A DNA stretch of 64,000 bases. Origin: an uncultured Pseudomonadota bacterium. Its GTDB lineage: Bacteria > SAR324 > JACQKK01. The notes beneath the pieces are model-generated. The model had not been told where the DNA came from. It saw only the letters and a program-made list of their open reading frames with translations, and did no database searches. The position numbers were made by a program, and so were the translations under genes. The stretch covers positions 1,909-65,908 of the forward strand of contig CAZOXD010000004.1 in the NCBI GenBank assembly GCA_964583525.1, read 5' to 3'. Numbering within the stretch: position 1 is the stretch's first letter; each line of letters opens with the position of its first letter. Below are positions 47,753 to 56,546 of the stretch, piece by piece.

Positions 47753-50700
47753 ATGAACGTCTTCGAGTTTCGCGACAGCATCATCAAGGACTACGAGCGC
47801 TTCACCCGGAGCTTCGCCAACATCAGGAGCGAGGACATCCGGGAGTACGTGAGCCAGCAGTACGACGAGGGGCGCTTCTGGCCTTCCCCTTACGTCCAGC
47901 TCAATCCCAACTTCGTGCAGGGAGGTTCCATCGACGAGTTGGTGGACTCGGGCACCCTTCACGCGGAGTGCAAGAGTATTTTCCGCCGCGATAAGGATCG
48001 GGTCGAAGGCGGAAAACTGATGCAGCTCCACAAGCATCAGGTGGATGCCATTCACGTGGCAAAACGGGAGGAAAGCTACGTTCTGACAACCGGCACCGGT
48101 TCAGGAAAGTCCCTGTCTTACTTCATTCCCATCGTGGATGACGTTCTTCGACGCAAGGCATCAGGGGAGGCGGACAACCGCATTTCGGCCATAATCGTCT
48201 ACCCCATGAATGCCCTATGCAACAGTCAGCTCAGCGAACTCCAGAAGTTTCTGGAGAAGGGTTACGAGAACAGGGGCGGCCCTCCGGTGACCTTCGCCCG
48301 TTACACCGGCCAGGAATCGCAGGAAGAACGCCTGAAGATCGCGGCGAATCCGCCGGACATCCTGCTCACCAACTACGTGATGCTGGAGTTGATCATCACC
48401 CGACAAAACGACACGGATAAAGCGGTGGTGCAGCGTGCCGAAGGACTGCGCTTCCTCGTGCTTGATGAACTCCACACCTACCGGGGCAGGCAGGGTGCCG
48501 ATGTCTCGATGCTCGTGCGTCGGGTGCGCAACCGCTTCAACGACAACCTGCTTTGCGTAGGCACCTCTGCGACCATGGCCAGCGAGGGCGGCTTGGCGGA
48601 TCGCAACCGCGTCGTAGCCGAATTCGCGACCAAGCTATTCGGCACGCAGGTGAAACCAGAGAACATCATCACGGAGTCTCTCGCTCGCATCACGCCGGAG
48701 TCCACGCCAACAGACGCGTCCTCGCTGGCGCAGGCTATTCGCGTTGGGATCGGGGGAGACCCCGCCTATGACATTCTAGTCCAGAGTCCCATCGCAGCGT
48801 GGATCGAAACGCGCCTCGGACTGGAGTGGAAAGAAGAACAATGGGTGCGGATCTCCGAATCTCTCAAGTTGGATGAGGCCATCGAGGGCTTGGCGGAGGA
48901 AAGCGGGGTGCCTGTAGAGCAATGCGGAGGGTTCCTGACGGCCTTCCTCCTTCGCTGCTTTCAGGTCAGGTCGGCTCATGGGCACACGCTATTCGCGTTC
49001 CGGCTGCACCAGTTCATCGCGGGAGCTGGCGATTGCTATGCGACGCTGGAAGCGCCGGGTAAACGGTTTATCACGGTTGAAGGCCAGGAATTTCAACCCG
49101 GGACGCTTGAACGGAAAGATGAATCCAAGCGGGGAGCCAAGCGTCTCTTCAACCTCGCCTTCTGCCGACAATGCGGTCAGGAGTACTTCCCAGTTTGGGC
49201 TTACTCTGTCGGAAAGCAGGTGGATCACTTCGATCCCCGCGAACTGGGGGAGCGCGCCCACGAGGAAAGCACCGATGTCCAATCCGGCTTTTTCCTGCCG
49301 GATGAAGAGAACATCTTCGATAGCGAGGATATCGAGGGAGGTGCCTACCCAGAAGACTGGATCGAACCCGGAAGCGGCCTTCTCAAGCTGAAACCGCACT
49401 TCCGCAAGTACAAGCCACAGCAGATCCAGGTTACGGCCCTTGGTTCGGTGGGTTCAGGGCTACAGGGATGGTACATCCCCGGATCCTTCCGCTTCTGCCT
49501 AAGGAGTGATTGCACGTCCGAAGGCGGCGGTACCCGACGTTCAGAACTGACTCCGCTTTCTTCCCTCTCGACCGAAGGGCGCAGTTCAGCAACGACGGTG
49601 CTAACGCTGTCAGCCCTTTCCTTTCTAATGGGGAGTTCTAGCGAGCTGAGCGCGGAAGCCAGGAAGATACTGGCCTTCACCGACAATCGCCAGGATGCGG
49701 CACTTCAGGCTGGGCACTTCAACGACTTTATTTACACCCTGCTTCTACGTTCAGCCCTCCTGGCAGCCATCCGCTCTGCACCTGACGGCATTCTGAAAGA
49801 AGACATTCTTACCCAGAGCGTCCAGGAACAACTTGGGCTGCACATCCTTGAATTCTCCAGCCAAGATGTTCGTGGCCCGGCTGCGAGGAACACGGAATCG
49901 ACCTTCCGTGATGTTCTCGGTTATCGCCTGTTCCACGACCTTCGTCGTGGCTGGCGAATCGCCAACCCTAACCTTGAGCAATTGAGGCTGCTAAACATTC
50001 ATTACGAGGGCTTGGATGAGTGCTGCAAGGATGAAGAAATGTGGGCTGAGGTTCCCCTCCTCGCAAGCGCAGATCCTTCCACCAGGGGGAAGATTGCGCA
50101 CTCTCTGCTGGATGAGATGAGGAAGGGGCTCTGCATCAAAACCCAGTACCTGGACTATCAGTTCCAAGAGCAAATCTGGACGCGGAGCTATTCATTGCTC
50201 AAAGAGCCCTGGGGAATCTGGGAAGGAGAAATCAAGCAGAGCGCAAACGTGATGATCCCTCGCCCGTCACGAAAACAACTCGGCAGAGGAACACACCAAT
50301 TCAACATCTTCAATATCTCATACCGCTCAGCCTTTGGGCGGAGACTCAAGCGGCGCTCCATTTGGGGTGATGAAAACTCCCACTACCCTGAGCGGTTCGA
50401 TGAGTCCGAGTTCAATCAGGTGGTGGATCACCTGCTAAACGCCCTGGCGACTTACGGATTGGTGGAACCGGTCGAGACCGATGGTGCCGAACAGGGTTAC
50501 CGTCTCATGGCCTCTGTTATCCTGTGGCAGGAAGGAAATCCCGAAGGCACCTCGCCCAACGAGTTCTTCCAAACCCTCTACGACAACCTCTCCGAAATGC
50601 TGAGTGCGGGAGATCGGCTCATGCACCGATTGCACGCTCATGAGCATACGGCACAAGTTGAACCTCAGGTTCGGGAACAGCGTGAAGGGGAATTCAGAAC

Positions 50701-52990
50701 CGGAGCATTGCCGGTACTGTTCTGCTCTCCCACCATGGAACTGGGAGTTGATATCAGTACCCTCAACACCGTCTACATGCGGAATGTCCCTCCCACGGCT
50801 GCCAATTATGCCCAACGTAGCGGGCGTGCAGGCAGGGCAGGGCAACCGGCCCTTGTGCTTACCTATTGCACCGCCAAGTCGCCACACGATCAATACTTCT
50901 TTCAGGCTCCCACCAGGATGGTGTCCGGCATCGTATCTGCGCCAAGCATCGACCTGGCAAATGAGGATCTCATCCGGAGCCACCTGCACGCCGTGTGGTT
51001 GGCTGAAACAGGTTGCCGTCTCCCGGACGGTGTGAGAGATGCACTCGACCTTGACCAAAAGGAAGAATTGCCGGTTCAGCAGGAACTGCAGGCGAATCTC
51101 ACCCCTATACCGCCAGCACAAAGAGCAACCCAAAGAGTGACGGCCATGTTGGCCCATCTCTCCGAGGAACTAACTCCTGAGATGGCTCCCTGGTATGGCG
51201 CAAATTGGGTTGAGGCTGTGATTTCTGGTGCCTACCTACAGTTTTCACTGTCATTCGAGCGGTGGCGTTCGATGTATCGGGCGGTACTCAAGCAGATGGA
51301 TGAGGCAAGGGCCATCCAACAAAACCATGCCGTCACTGAAAGGGAGCGGAAGGAAGCCGACCTGCGATATCAGGAAGCGCGAAGCCAATACGAAATCCTG
51401 ATCTCGAATCGCCCCGGAATGACTTCGGACTTCTACACCTACCGCTACCTTGCGAACCAAGGATTCTTGCCTGGTTACAATTTCCCCCGTCTTCCCTTGA
51501 TCGCCTATCTGCCAGGCCGCCGGGAGAAGAACCTTCGCGATACCTACCTCAGCCGTCCTCGCTTTCTTGGGTTGTCGGAGTTCGGCCCTCAATCCATCAT
51601 CTACCACGAGGGCGGAACCTACAGGGTCAAGCGGGCAATCTTGGGGAGCAGAGATGAGCAATCTGCGACTGCAACCGCAGAATTGCCTGTAATCAAGGCC
51701 CGACTTTGTCCAGCCTGCGGCTATGCACACTTCGATGGGGAGCGAGATTACGAGCGGTGCGTTATTTGTGATGAAATACTGAGTGATGGACGGTGGCTGG
51801 GTGATCTCTACCGCATTGATCAGGTCAGCACCAGAAGGGCGTTTCGAATTACTTCCGATGAAGAGGAGAGGCAACGGCTCGGCTACGAGATGATCACAAC
51901 ACTTCGTTACGCTCAGGAAAACGGCAGGGCAATGTACGTGCCGGTAGTCTATAGCGAGGCTGGGGAAAAGTTACTCGAAATCCGATATGGAGCCAGCGCT
52001 CGGTTGTGGCGGATCAACTTGGGATGGCGGAGAAGGAAGGACAAGAACATTCTCGGTTTCAATATCGACGTGATCAATGGTGAATGGGTGAAGGATGAGC
52101 ACGCTCCCCAGGAAATGGCCGAAGGGGATGAGCTGGCTCCAGGCAAGCAAGTCCAACGTATTACTCCCTTCGTCGAAGACACTAAGAACTGTTTGGTTGT
52201 CGTTCCCCTTATTGCCTTGGAGGAACATACCTCCATCACCTTCCAGTACGCGTTGAAGCGGGGGATCGAATCGGCCTTTCAATTGGAGGGGTCTGAGCTG
52301 GCTGTGGAGGCACTTCCCACTTCATCTACCAGGAACTGTATCTTGCTCTACGAAGCCTCTGAAGGTGGTGCGGGCGTATTGACACGATTAGCCCGTGATC
52401 CAGGCGCAATGAGGAAAGTTGCCATCCATGCCTTGGAGTTGTGTCACCACCAGTCAGTTTCGGGTTCCTGGGCGGGTGTTGATGACCTTAGAAACACTGA
52501 TGATGGCTGCGAGGCGGGTTGCTACCGATGCCTGTTGAGCTATTCAAATCAAATGGATCACAAGCAGATTGATCGACAGGATGAAGATATCGTCGATTTC
52601 TTATGTAGGTTGTCCCGCAGTGACTCTGAAGTCGGCGCGGCTGGTCGAACTAATGAAGAGTTGATCCGCGAGCTGGAAAACCTATCTACATCACCGCTGG
52701 AAAAGGAATGGCTTCGATATATCATCGACGAGGGACTTCGACTTCCGGACAAAGCCCAAACTCTGCTTGAGGATTTCAACACACGCGCAGACTTTTCCTA
52801 CACTGCGGTTCCCGCTGCAGTTTTTGTCGATGGGCCGCACCACGAAACCCCTCAAGCCCAGGAAAAAGACGAAGAGATAACCGGTCGCCTGGTCGACGCG
52901 GGGTTTACCGTTGTGCGCTTTCCAAGGCACAAGGAGCGATGGGGAGAAATCGTGAACGAGTATGGTTTTGTCTTCAGAAGTCTGTCATAA
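47753..52990 (+). CDS. 1745-aa fusion: DEAD/DEAH helicase + DUF1998 Zn-ribbon + C-terminal DUF559/Vsr-like endonuclease-fold domain (DrmA+DrmB-like; also resembles MrfA/DruE-type helicases)
   Basis: 'LTTGTGSGKSLSYFIP' (motif I), 'LVLDELHTYRGRQGADV' (motif II), 'CVGTSATMA' (motif III), 'YAQRSGRAGRAG' (motif VI). DUF1998 'CEAGCYRCLLSYSNQMDHKQIDR' lies at about 52507-52570. The tail 'AVFVDGPHHETPQAQEKDEEITGRLVDAGFTVVRFP' is like a DUF559-type nuclease. Confidence 0.85.
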   Translation: MNVFEFRDSIIKDYERFTRSFANIRSEDIREYVSQQYDEGRFWPSPYVQLNPNFVQGGSIDELVDSGTLHAECKSIFRRDKDRVEGGKLMQLHKHQVDAIHVAKREESYVLTTGTGSGKSLSYFIPIVDDVLRRKASGEADNRISAIIVYPMNALCNSQLSELQKFLEKGYENRGGPPVTFARYTGQESQEERLKIAANPPDILLTNYVMLELIITRQNDTDKAVVQRAEGLRFLVLDELHTYRGRQGADVSMLVRRVRNRFNDNLLCVGTSATMASEGGLADRNRVVAEFATKLFGTQVKPENIITESLARITPESTPTDASSLAQAIRVGIGGDPAYDILVQSPIAAWIETRLGLEWKEEQWVRISESLKLDEAIEGLAEESGVPVEQCGGFLTAFLLRCFQVRSAHGHTLFAFRLHQFIAGAGDCYATLEAPGKRFITVEGQEFQPGTLERKDESKRGAKRLFNLAFCRQCGQEYFPVWAYSVGKQVDHFDPRELGERAHEESTDVQSGFFLPDEENIFDSEDIEGGAYPEDWIEPGSGLLKLKPHFRKYKPQQIQVTALGSVGSGLQGWYIPGSFRFCLRSDCTSEGGGTRRSELTPLSSLSTEGRSSATTVLTLSALSFLMGSSSELSAEARKILAFTDNRQDAALQAGHFNDFIYTLLLRSALLAAIRSAPDGILKEDILTQSVQEQLGLHILEFSSQDVRGPAARNTESTFRDVLGYRLFHDLRRGWRIANPNLEQLRLLNIHYEGLDECCKDEEMWAEVPLLASADPSTRGKIAHSLLDEMRKGLCIKTQYLDYQFQEQIWTRSYSLLKEPWGIWEGEIKQSANVMIPRPSRKQLGRGTHQFNIFNISYRSAFGRRLKRRSIWGDENSHYPERFDESEFNQVVDHLLNALATYGLVEPVETDGAEQGYRLMASVILWQEGNPEGTSPNEFFQTLYDNLSEMLSAGDRLMHRLHAHEHTAQVEPQVREQREGEFRTGALPVLFCSPTMELGVDISTLNTVYMRNVPPTAANYAQRSGRAGRAGQPALVLTYCTAKSPHDQYFFQAPTRMVSGIVSAPSIDLANEDLIRSHLHAVWLAETGCRLPDGVRDALDLDQKEELPVQQELQANLTPIPPAQRATQRVTAMLAHLSEELTPEMAPWYGANWVEAVISGAYLQFSLSFERWRSMYRAVLKQMDEARAIQQNHAVTERERKEADLRYQEARSQYEILISNRPGMTSDFYTYRYLANQGFLPGYNFPRLPLIAYLPGRREKNLRDTYLSRPRFLGLSEFGPQSIIYHEGGTYRVKRAILGSRDEQSATATAELPVIKARLCPACGYAHFDGERDYERCVICDEILSDGRWLGDLYRIDQVSTRRAFRITSDEEERQRLGYEMITTLRYAQENGRAMYVPVVYSEAGEKLLEIRYGASARLWRINLGWRRRKDKNILGFNIDVINGEWVKDEHAPQEMAEGDELAPGKQVQRITPFVEDTKNCLVVVPLIALEEHTSITFQYALKRGIESAFQLEGSELAVEALPTSSTRNCILLYEASEGGAGVLTRLARDPGAMRKVAIHALELCHHQSVSGSWAGVDDLRNTDDGCEAGCYRCLLSYSNQMDHKQIDRQDEDIVDFLCRLSRSDSEVGAAGRTNEELIRELENLSTSPLEKEWLRYIIDEGLRLPDKAQTLLEDFNTRADFSYTAVPAAVFVDGPHHETPQAQEKDEEITGRLVDAGFTVVRFPRHKERWGEIVNEYGFVFRSLS

Positions 52991-53011
52991 GGCCAGCCGT
53001 ATCGCCGATGA

Positions 53012-53170
53012 GGTCTTATCGCACTCGGCTTGGTCGGCGCAAATGTGACTGTGACACTTGAAGTGGAGGCGGAGATACCGTCAGGAGCACCGGATCATGT
53101 CGTCCGTACAGTTACCGAAAACGCTCGGACGCTAAAGTTCAAAGAACATTCCGGGTTCGAGGAGGAGTAA
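53012..53170 (+). pseudogene. Orphan C-terminal tail (52 codons) of an unrelated large gene
   Basis: 'GANVTVTLEVEAEIPSGAPDHVVRTVTENARTLKFKEHSGFEEE*' has no N-terminal part (in-frame stop at 53009-53011). From memory, this '..VRTV.ENARTLKF...FEEE' tail ends DUF499-type defence ATPases (unverified). Its TAA overlaps the next ATG (TAATG). Confidence 0.4.
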
Positions 53171-54720
53171 TGGCCAAGACGAGCGCAACCCACCCGCTCC
53201 AAATTAATGGAGTGGTCATCGACCAAGGTCAAGGCGAAATTGGGTTGACCTTCTGTCCCGGCAAGATGCAGCCAGATGCAATGTCCGGCTCGTGGGACAG
53301 AGACTTGTCCACAGATATGGCGGTGATCTCAGGTTACGGCGCAAAAGCACTCGTCACTCTGATGGAAGAGCACGAGTTGATTGAGTTGGGTGTTCCTGCC
53401 GAAACCATCGAACAAGCGGCCAATGCACACGGCGTCGAGTGGTATCACCTTCCAATTCGAGATGTCAGCACGCCAGACAAATCGTTCGAATCTGCCTGGG
53501 GGTATGCCGGGATTCGGTTGCGTAAGCTGCTCGCGGGGGGAAATCGGATAGTGCTGCACTGCAAAGGGGGATTGGGGCGTACAGGAACTATCGCGGCGCG
53601 CTTGCTAGTCGAACTTGGCGAAGAGGCAAGTTCTGCAATCGCCCGTGTCCGCAAGACTCGCCCCGGTGCAATTGAAACAAGAGAACAGGAAGACTATGTC
53701 CGTCAATGCCCGGTGATAGAGAACTCTCTTCGATCACTTTCAACTTCAGAGCGTGCATGGGCGTGTGTGCTTGGTGGAGCTATCGGGGATGCTTTCGGTT
53801 ATGAGGTAGAGTTCAGTAGTTGGGCAGCAATTCAACAACGGTTCGGCGAAAAGGGCATCCAAGAGCCGGTCATGCAGGGTGGACGTTTGGTCGTCTCCGA
53901 CGACACCCAAATGACGCTGTTCACTTTAGAGGGGATCCTACGAGGTACGAGACGAGGTAGGGATTCTGAAGCCATTCTCGACTCGATCCGCGACGCATAT
54001 CTTGATTGGTACGGCACACAGCGAAGTCTGGATGGTGGTAGGCAACCCGTTGGTGAACTTGCGCGTATAAAGGAAATCCGTGTTAGCCGTGCGCCTGGCA
54101 ATACTTGTCTTTCGGCTTTGGGAGCCGGTGGGCACGGAAGCCCCGAAAATCATATCAATGATTCCAAGGGGTGTGGCGGAGTGATGCGGGTAGCCCCTAT
54201 TGGGTGGTTTGACCAATTCAGTGACAAAGAAGTGTTTGACGTAGGAGCGCGGGCAGCCGCCCTCACCCATGGTCATCCCACGGGGTACCTGGCCTCAGGA
54301 ATGATGAGCGCAATTATCCACTCGCTGATGAAGGGGAAAACCCTGAAGGATGCGGTAAAGGGGACTTTGACAATTCTGGAGGGATGGTCAGATCACAAGG
54401 AAACTCTGGTGGCTGTGACACAGGCAATGGAATTGGCTGAGGACGATACCATTTCCACACATGAGGCGGTAACGAAACTGGGAGAAGGATGGATTGCCGA
54501 AGAGGCTCTAGCAATCGGTCTGTACGCTGCTCTCAAGGGGAAGAATTTCCAGAACGTACTTGCCATTGGAGCGAATCACAGCGGGGATTCAGATAGTACA
54601 GCCTCAATTGCGGGTCAGCTTTGGGGGGCTTGGCAGGGGCTGAACGGTATTCCACAACGCTGGATTCAGTCACTGGATATATACCGACCGCTTACATCGC
54701 TGGTCGGCCAGGCGCGGTAA
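53170..54720 (+). CDS. Fusion of a Cys-based PTP/dual-specificity phosphatase-like domain and an ADP-ribosylglycohydrolase (ARH/DraG family) domain
   Basis: The N-terminal domain has '[19 protein letters not shown]' (HCx5R(S/T) P-loop). The C-terminal domain has '[15 protein letters not shown]', 'SDDTQMTLF' and '[16 protein letters not shown]', the ARH metal-binding motifs. Confidence 0.85.
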   Translation: MAKTSATHPLQINGVVIDQGQGEIGLTFCPGKMQPDAMSGSWDRDLSTDMAVISGYGAKALVTLMEEHELIELGVPAETIEQAANAHGVEWYHLPIRDVSTPDKSFESAWGYAGIRLRKLLAGGNRIVLHCKGGLGRTGTIAARLLVELGEEASSAIARVRKTRPGAIETREQEDYVRQCPVIENSLRSLSTSERAWACVLGGAIGDAFGYEVEFSSWAAIQQRFGEKGIQEPVMQGGRLVVSDDTQMTLFTLEGILRGTRRGRDSEAILDSIRDAYLDWYGTQRSLDGGRQPVGELARIKEIRVSRAPGNTCLSALGAGGHGSPENHINDSKGCGGVMRVAPIGWFDQFSDKEVFDVGARAAALTHGHPTGYLASGMMSAIIHSLMKGKTLKDAVKGTLTILEGWSDHKETLVAVTQAMELAEDDTISTHEAVTKLGEGWIAEEALAIGLYAALKGKNFQNVLAIGANHSGDSDSTASIAGQLWGAWQGLNGIPQRWIQSLDIYRPLTSLVGQAR

Positions 54721-54722
54721 AG

Positions 54723-54947
54723 CTGATGGGTGACGATGCCCTACGCGCCATCGCCCAGGAACTGCTGACCACGGTGCGCAAGAACGCGACCATCGACTGG
54801 TCAGTCAAGGCCAACGTCCGGGCCAGGATGCGGGTCATGGTGAAGCGAATCCTGTGCAATCACGGTTAACCACCGGACATGCAGGAAAAGGCCACCCAGA
54901 CCGTCTTGGAGCAAGCAGAATTGATGGCTGAAGACTTGGCGGCGTGA
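54723..54947 (+). pseudogene. hsdR: Orphan 3' tail of a type I restriction hsdR gene (copy 1), with an in-frame TAA
   Basis: '[73 protein letters not shown]' matches the conserved HsdR C-terminal region and copy 2 at 61355-61579. The TAA at 54867-54869 replaces the Tyr (TAT) of copy 2. Confidence 0.7.
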
Positions 54948-54976
54948 ATAAATGGAGGGTGGTGCAAGGGGATAGG

Positions 54977-55336
54977 ATGGGTAAGACTGGCGTTATACCC
55001 GAACAGATTGGACGATTCAAGCTGCGGGACTGGCATGAATTCTACGACCGTGGGGATGACTACGAATGTGTGGTGATCGATCCACATGACGAACGGCACA
55101 GCCGATTGATTCCACGGTCATATGTTGACGACGCAAGGCGCGTCCTATCCGGAGGGGAATGGTCAGTGAACGAAGCCAGACAGGCTCTTTTGGAAACAGC
55201 GGTTCGGAAGGTCTGGAAGTTTAGAAAGGGGCACAAGTACCAATACTATGTGCAGGACATCTTATTGATCCTGGTATCATTGGGGGATGCAGTCCATCGG
55301 GAAAAAGGGCGGGCGTACTGGTATGAAGTCTTCTGA
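54977..55336 (+). CDS. Hypothetical 119-aa protein
   Basis: ORF with an 'aagggga' RBS before ATG 54977. An alternative GTG at 54944 overlaps the hsdR-tail stop (GTGA). No motif recognised. Confidence 0.4.
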   Translation: MGKTGVIPEQIGRFKLRDWHEFYDRGDDYECVVIDPHDERHSRLIPRSYVDDARRVLSGGEWSVNEARQALLETAVRKVWKFRKGHKYQYYVQDILLILVSLGDAVHREKGRAYWYEVF

Positions 55337-55430
55337 CGGTATCATCGAACCGATTTATGCCTGCTGGAAATCATCAATCAACGGCCCCGGAAGAATTTGG
55401 GGATAACGAAGAAGCCATAGGGGATACAGG

Positions 55431-56393
55431 ATGATAAAGCAGCAACTAGGGAATTTAAAACAGATCAATCTTCGTGAGGTCTGGGAAAATGAAGCATCCG
55501 ATTTCACCCCTTGGTTAGCTGATCAAATCCAAATTCTTGGCGAAGCCATTGGTATGGATTTGGATGTGACAGGTCAAGAAGAAGCGGTTGGGCCATTCAG
55601 TGCGGACATAGTCTGCGAAGACAATACAACAGGACAGAAAGTCGTGATCGAAAACCAATTGGGGAAAACGGATCACGATCATCTAGGAAAATCGCTAACC
55701 TATGCATCAGGATTGAAGGCCCATTGTGTTGTTTGGGTATCGGAACGGTTCACAGAAGAACACCGCGCAGCCCTGGATTGGCTGAACGATATAACGGGCG
55801 ACGACTTTCGATTTTTTGGAGTCGAAATTGAACTGTGGCAGATAGGTGAATCCCAACCAGCCCCTAAATTCAATTTGATCAGTAAGCCCAACGAATGGTC
55901 AAAGGCGATTCGCCAGGGACAAACGTCTGGAAAATTGACGGAAACCCAGCAGCTTCAGTTGCGATACTGGACATCCTTCAAAACATTCATGGAGGAACAA
56001 AATAGTCCATTGCGATGTCAAAAGGCAGGGGCCTATGGTTACATTCAAGTTTCGATAGGGAAAACTGGGTTTCACCTTGCAGGTGTAGTATCCAGTTGGA
56101 ACCTTGAAAGTGGTGTATTAGAAAAAGAAATCAGGGCAGAACTGATCCTTCAAGGTAAGAATGCAGTGGATCACTTCAACACATTAGGAACTTCAAAACC
56201 AGAAATTGAATCCGAATTAGGGGAACCGTTGACCTGGTATGACCCCGAACAAACCATGCAACGACGAATCTATCTGAAGAAGAACGTCGATTATGGTGAT
56301 GAATCCAGTTGGCCGGAACAACACGCTTGGATGAAGGAAAAATTGGAAAAAATGAATCATGTTTTTCGGGAACGGGTGGGGAAGTTGGATTAG
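55431..56393 (+). CDS. DUF4268-like protein with an N-terminal PD-(D/E)xK-like segment
   Basis: 'FSADIVCED....KVVIENQLGKTDHDHLGKSLTY' (nuclease-fold-like) and 'LQLRYWTSFKTFMEE' (DUF4268-type, from memory). This family is commonly embedded in R-M loci. Confidence 0.6.
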   Translation: MIKQQLGNLKQINLREVWENEASDFTPWLADQIQILGEAIGMDLDVTGQEEAVGPFSADIVCEDNTTGQKVVIENQLGKTDHDHLGKSLTYASGLKAHCVVWVSERFTEEHRAALDWLNDITGDDFRFFGVEIELWQIGESQPAPKFNLISKPNEWSKAIRQGQTSGKLTETQQLQLRYWTSFKTFMEEQNSPLRCQKAGAYGYIQVSIGKTGFHLAGVVSSWNLESGVLEKEIRAELILQGKNAVDHFNTLGTSKPEIESELGEPLTWYDPEQTMQRRIYLKKNVDYGDESSWPEQHAWMKEKLEKMNHVFRERVGKLD

Positions 56394-56546
56394 ATTACAG
56401 ACGATCAATACATCACCTTGCTAATCGTCCTGGCCGCCGACATCGTCGATCAACTGGAAGCGGCCCTGGAAGAATTTCGGGGGATCGAGGAGGCGTTGGA
56501 GGCGGATCAACCCGATTCAAACTGAACCTTTTGGTTCTTAGGCAGA

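Noticed and set aside
47753-52990. Calling the 1745-aa helicase-DUF1998 protein Druantia DruE, and the locus a Druantia system
   Set aside because: No DruA-D, DruH or DruM-like partner is recognisable. An SNF2 helicase and a large N6-MTase lie upstream, which is the DISARM class-1 signature. I kept this as an alternative in the finding rather than as the primary call.
56394-56525. Assigning the 43-codon remnant after the DUF4268-like gene ('...IVDQLEAALEEFRGIEEALEADQPDSN*') to a specific R-M subunit
   Set aside because: It looks like a coiled-coil C-terminus and fits the orphan-tail pattern, but I cannot tie it to HsdM, HsdS or any other family from memory. It is mentioned only within the cassette-stack finding.
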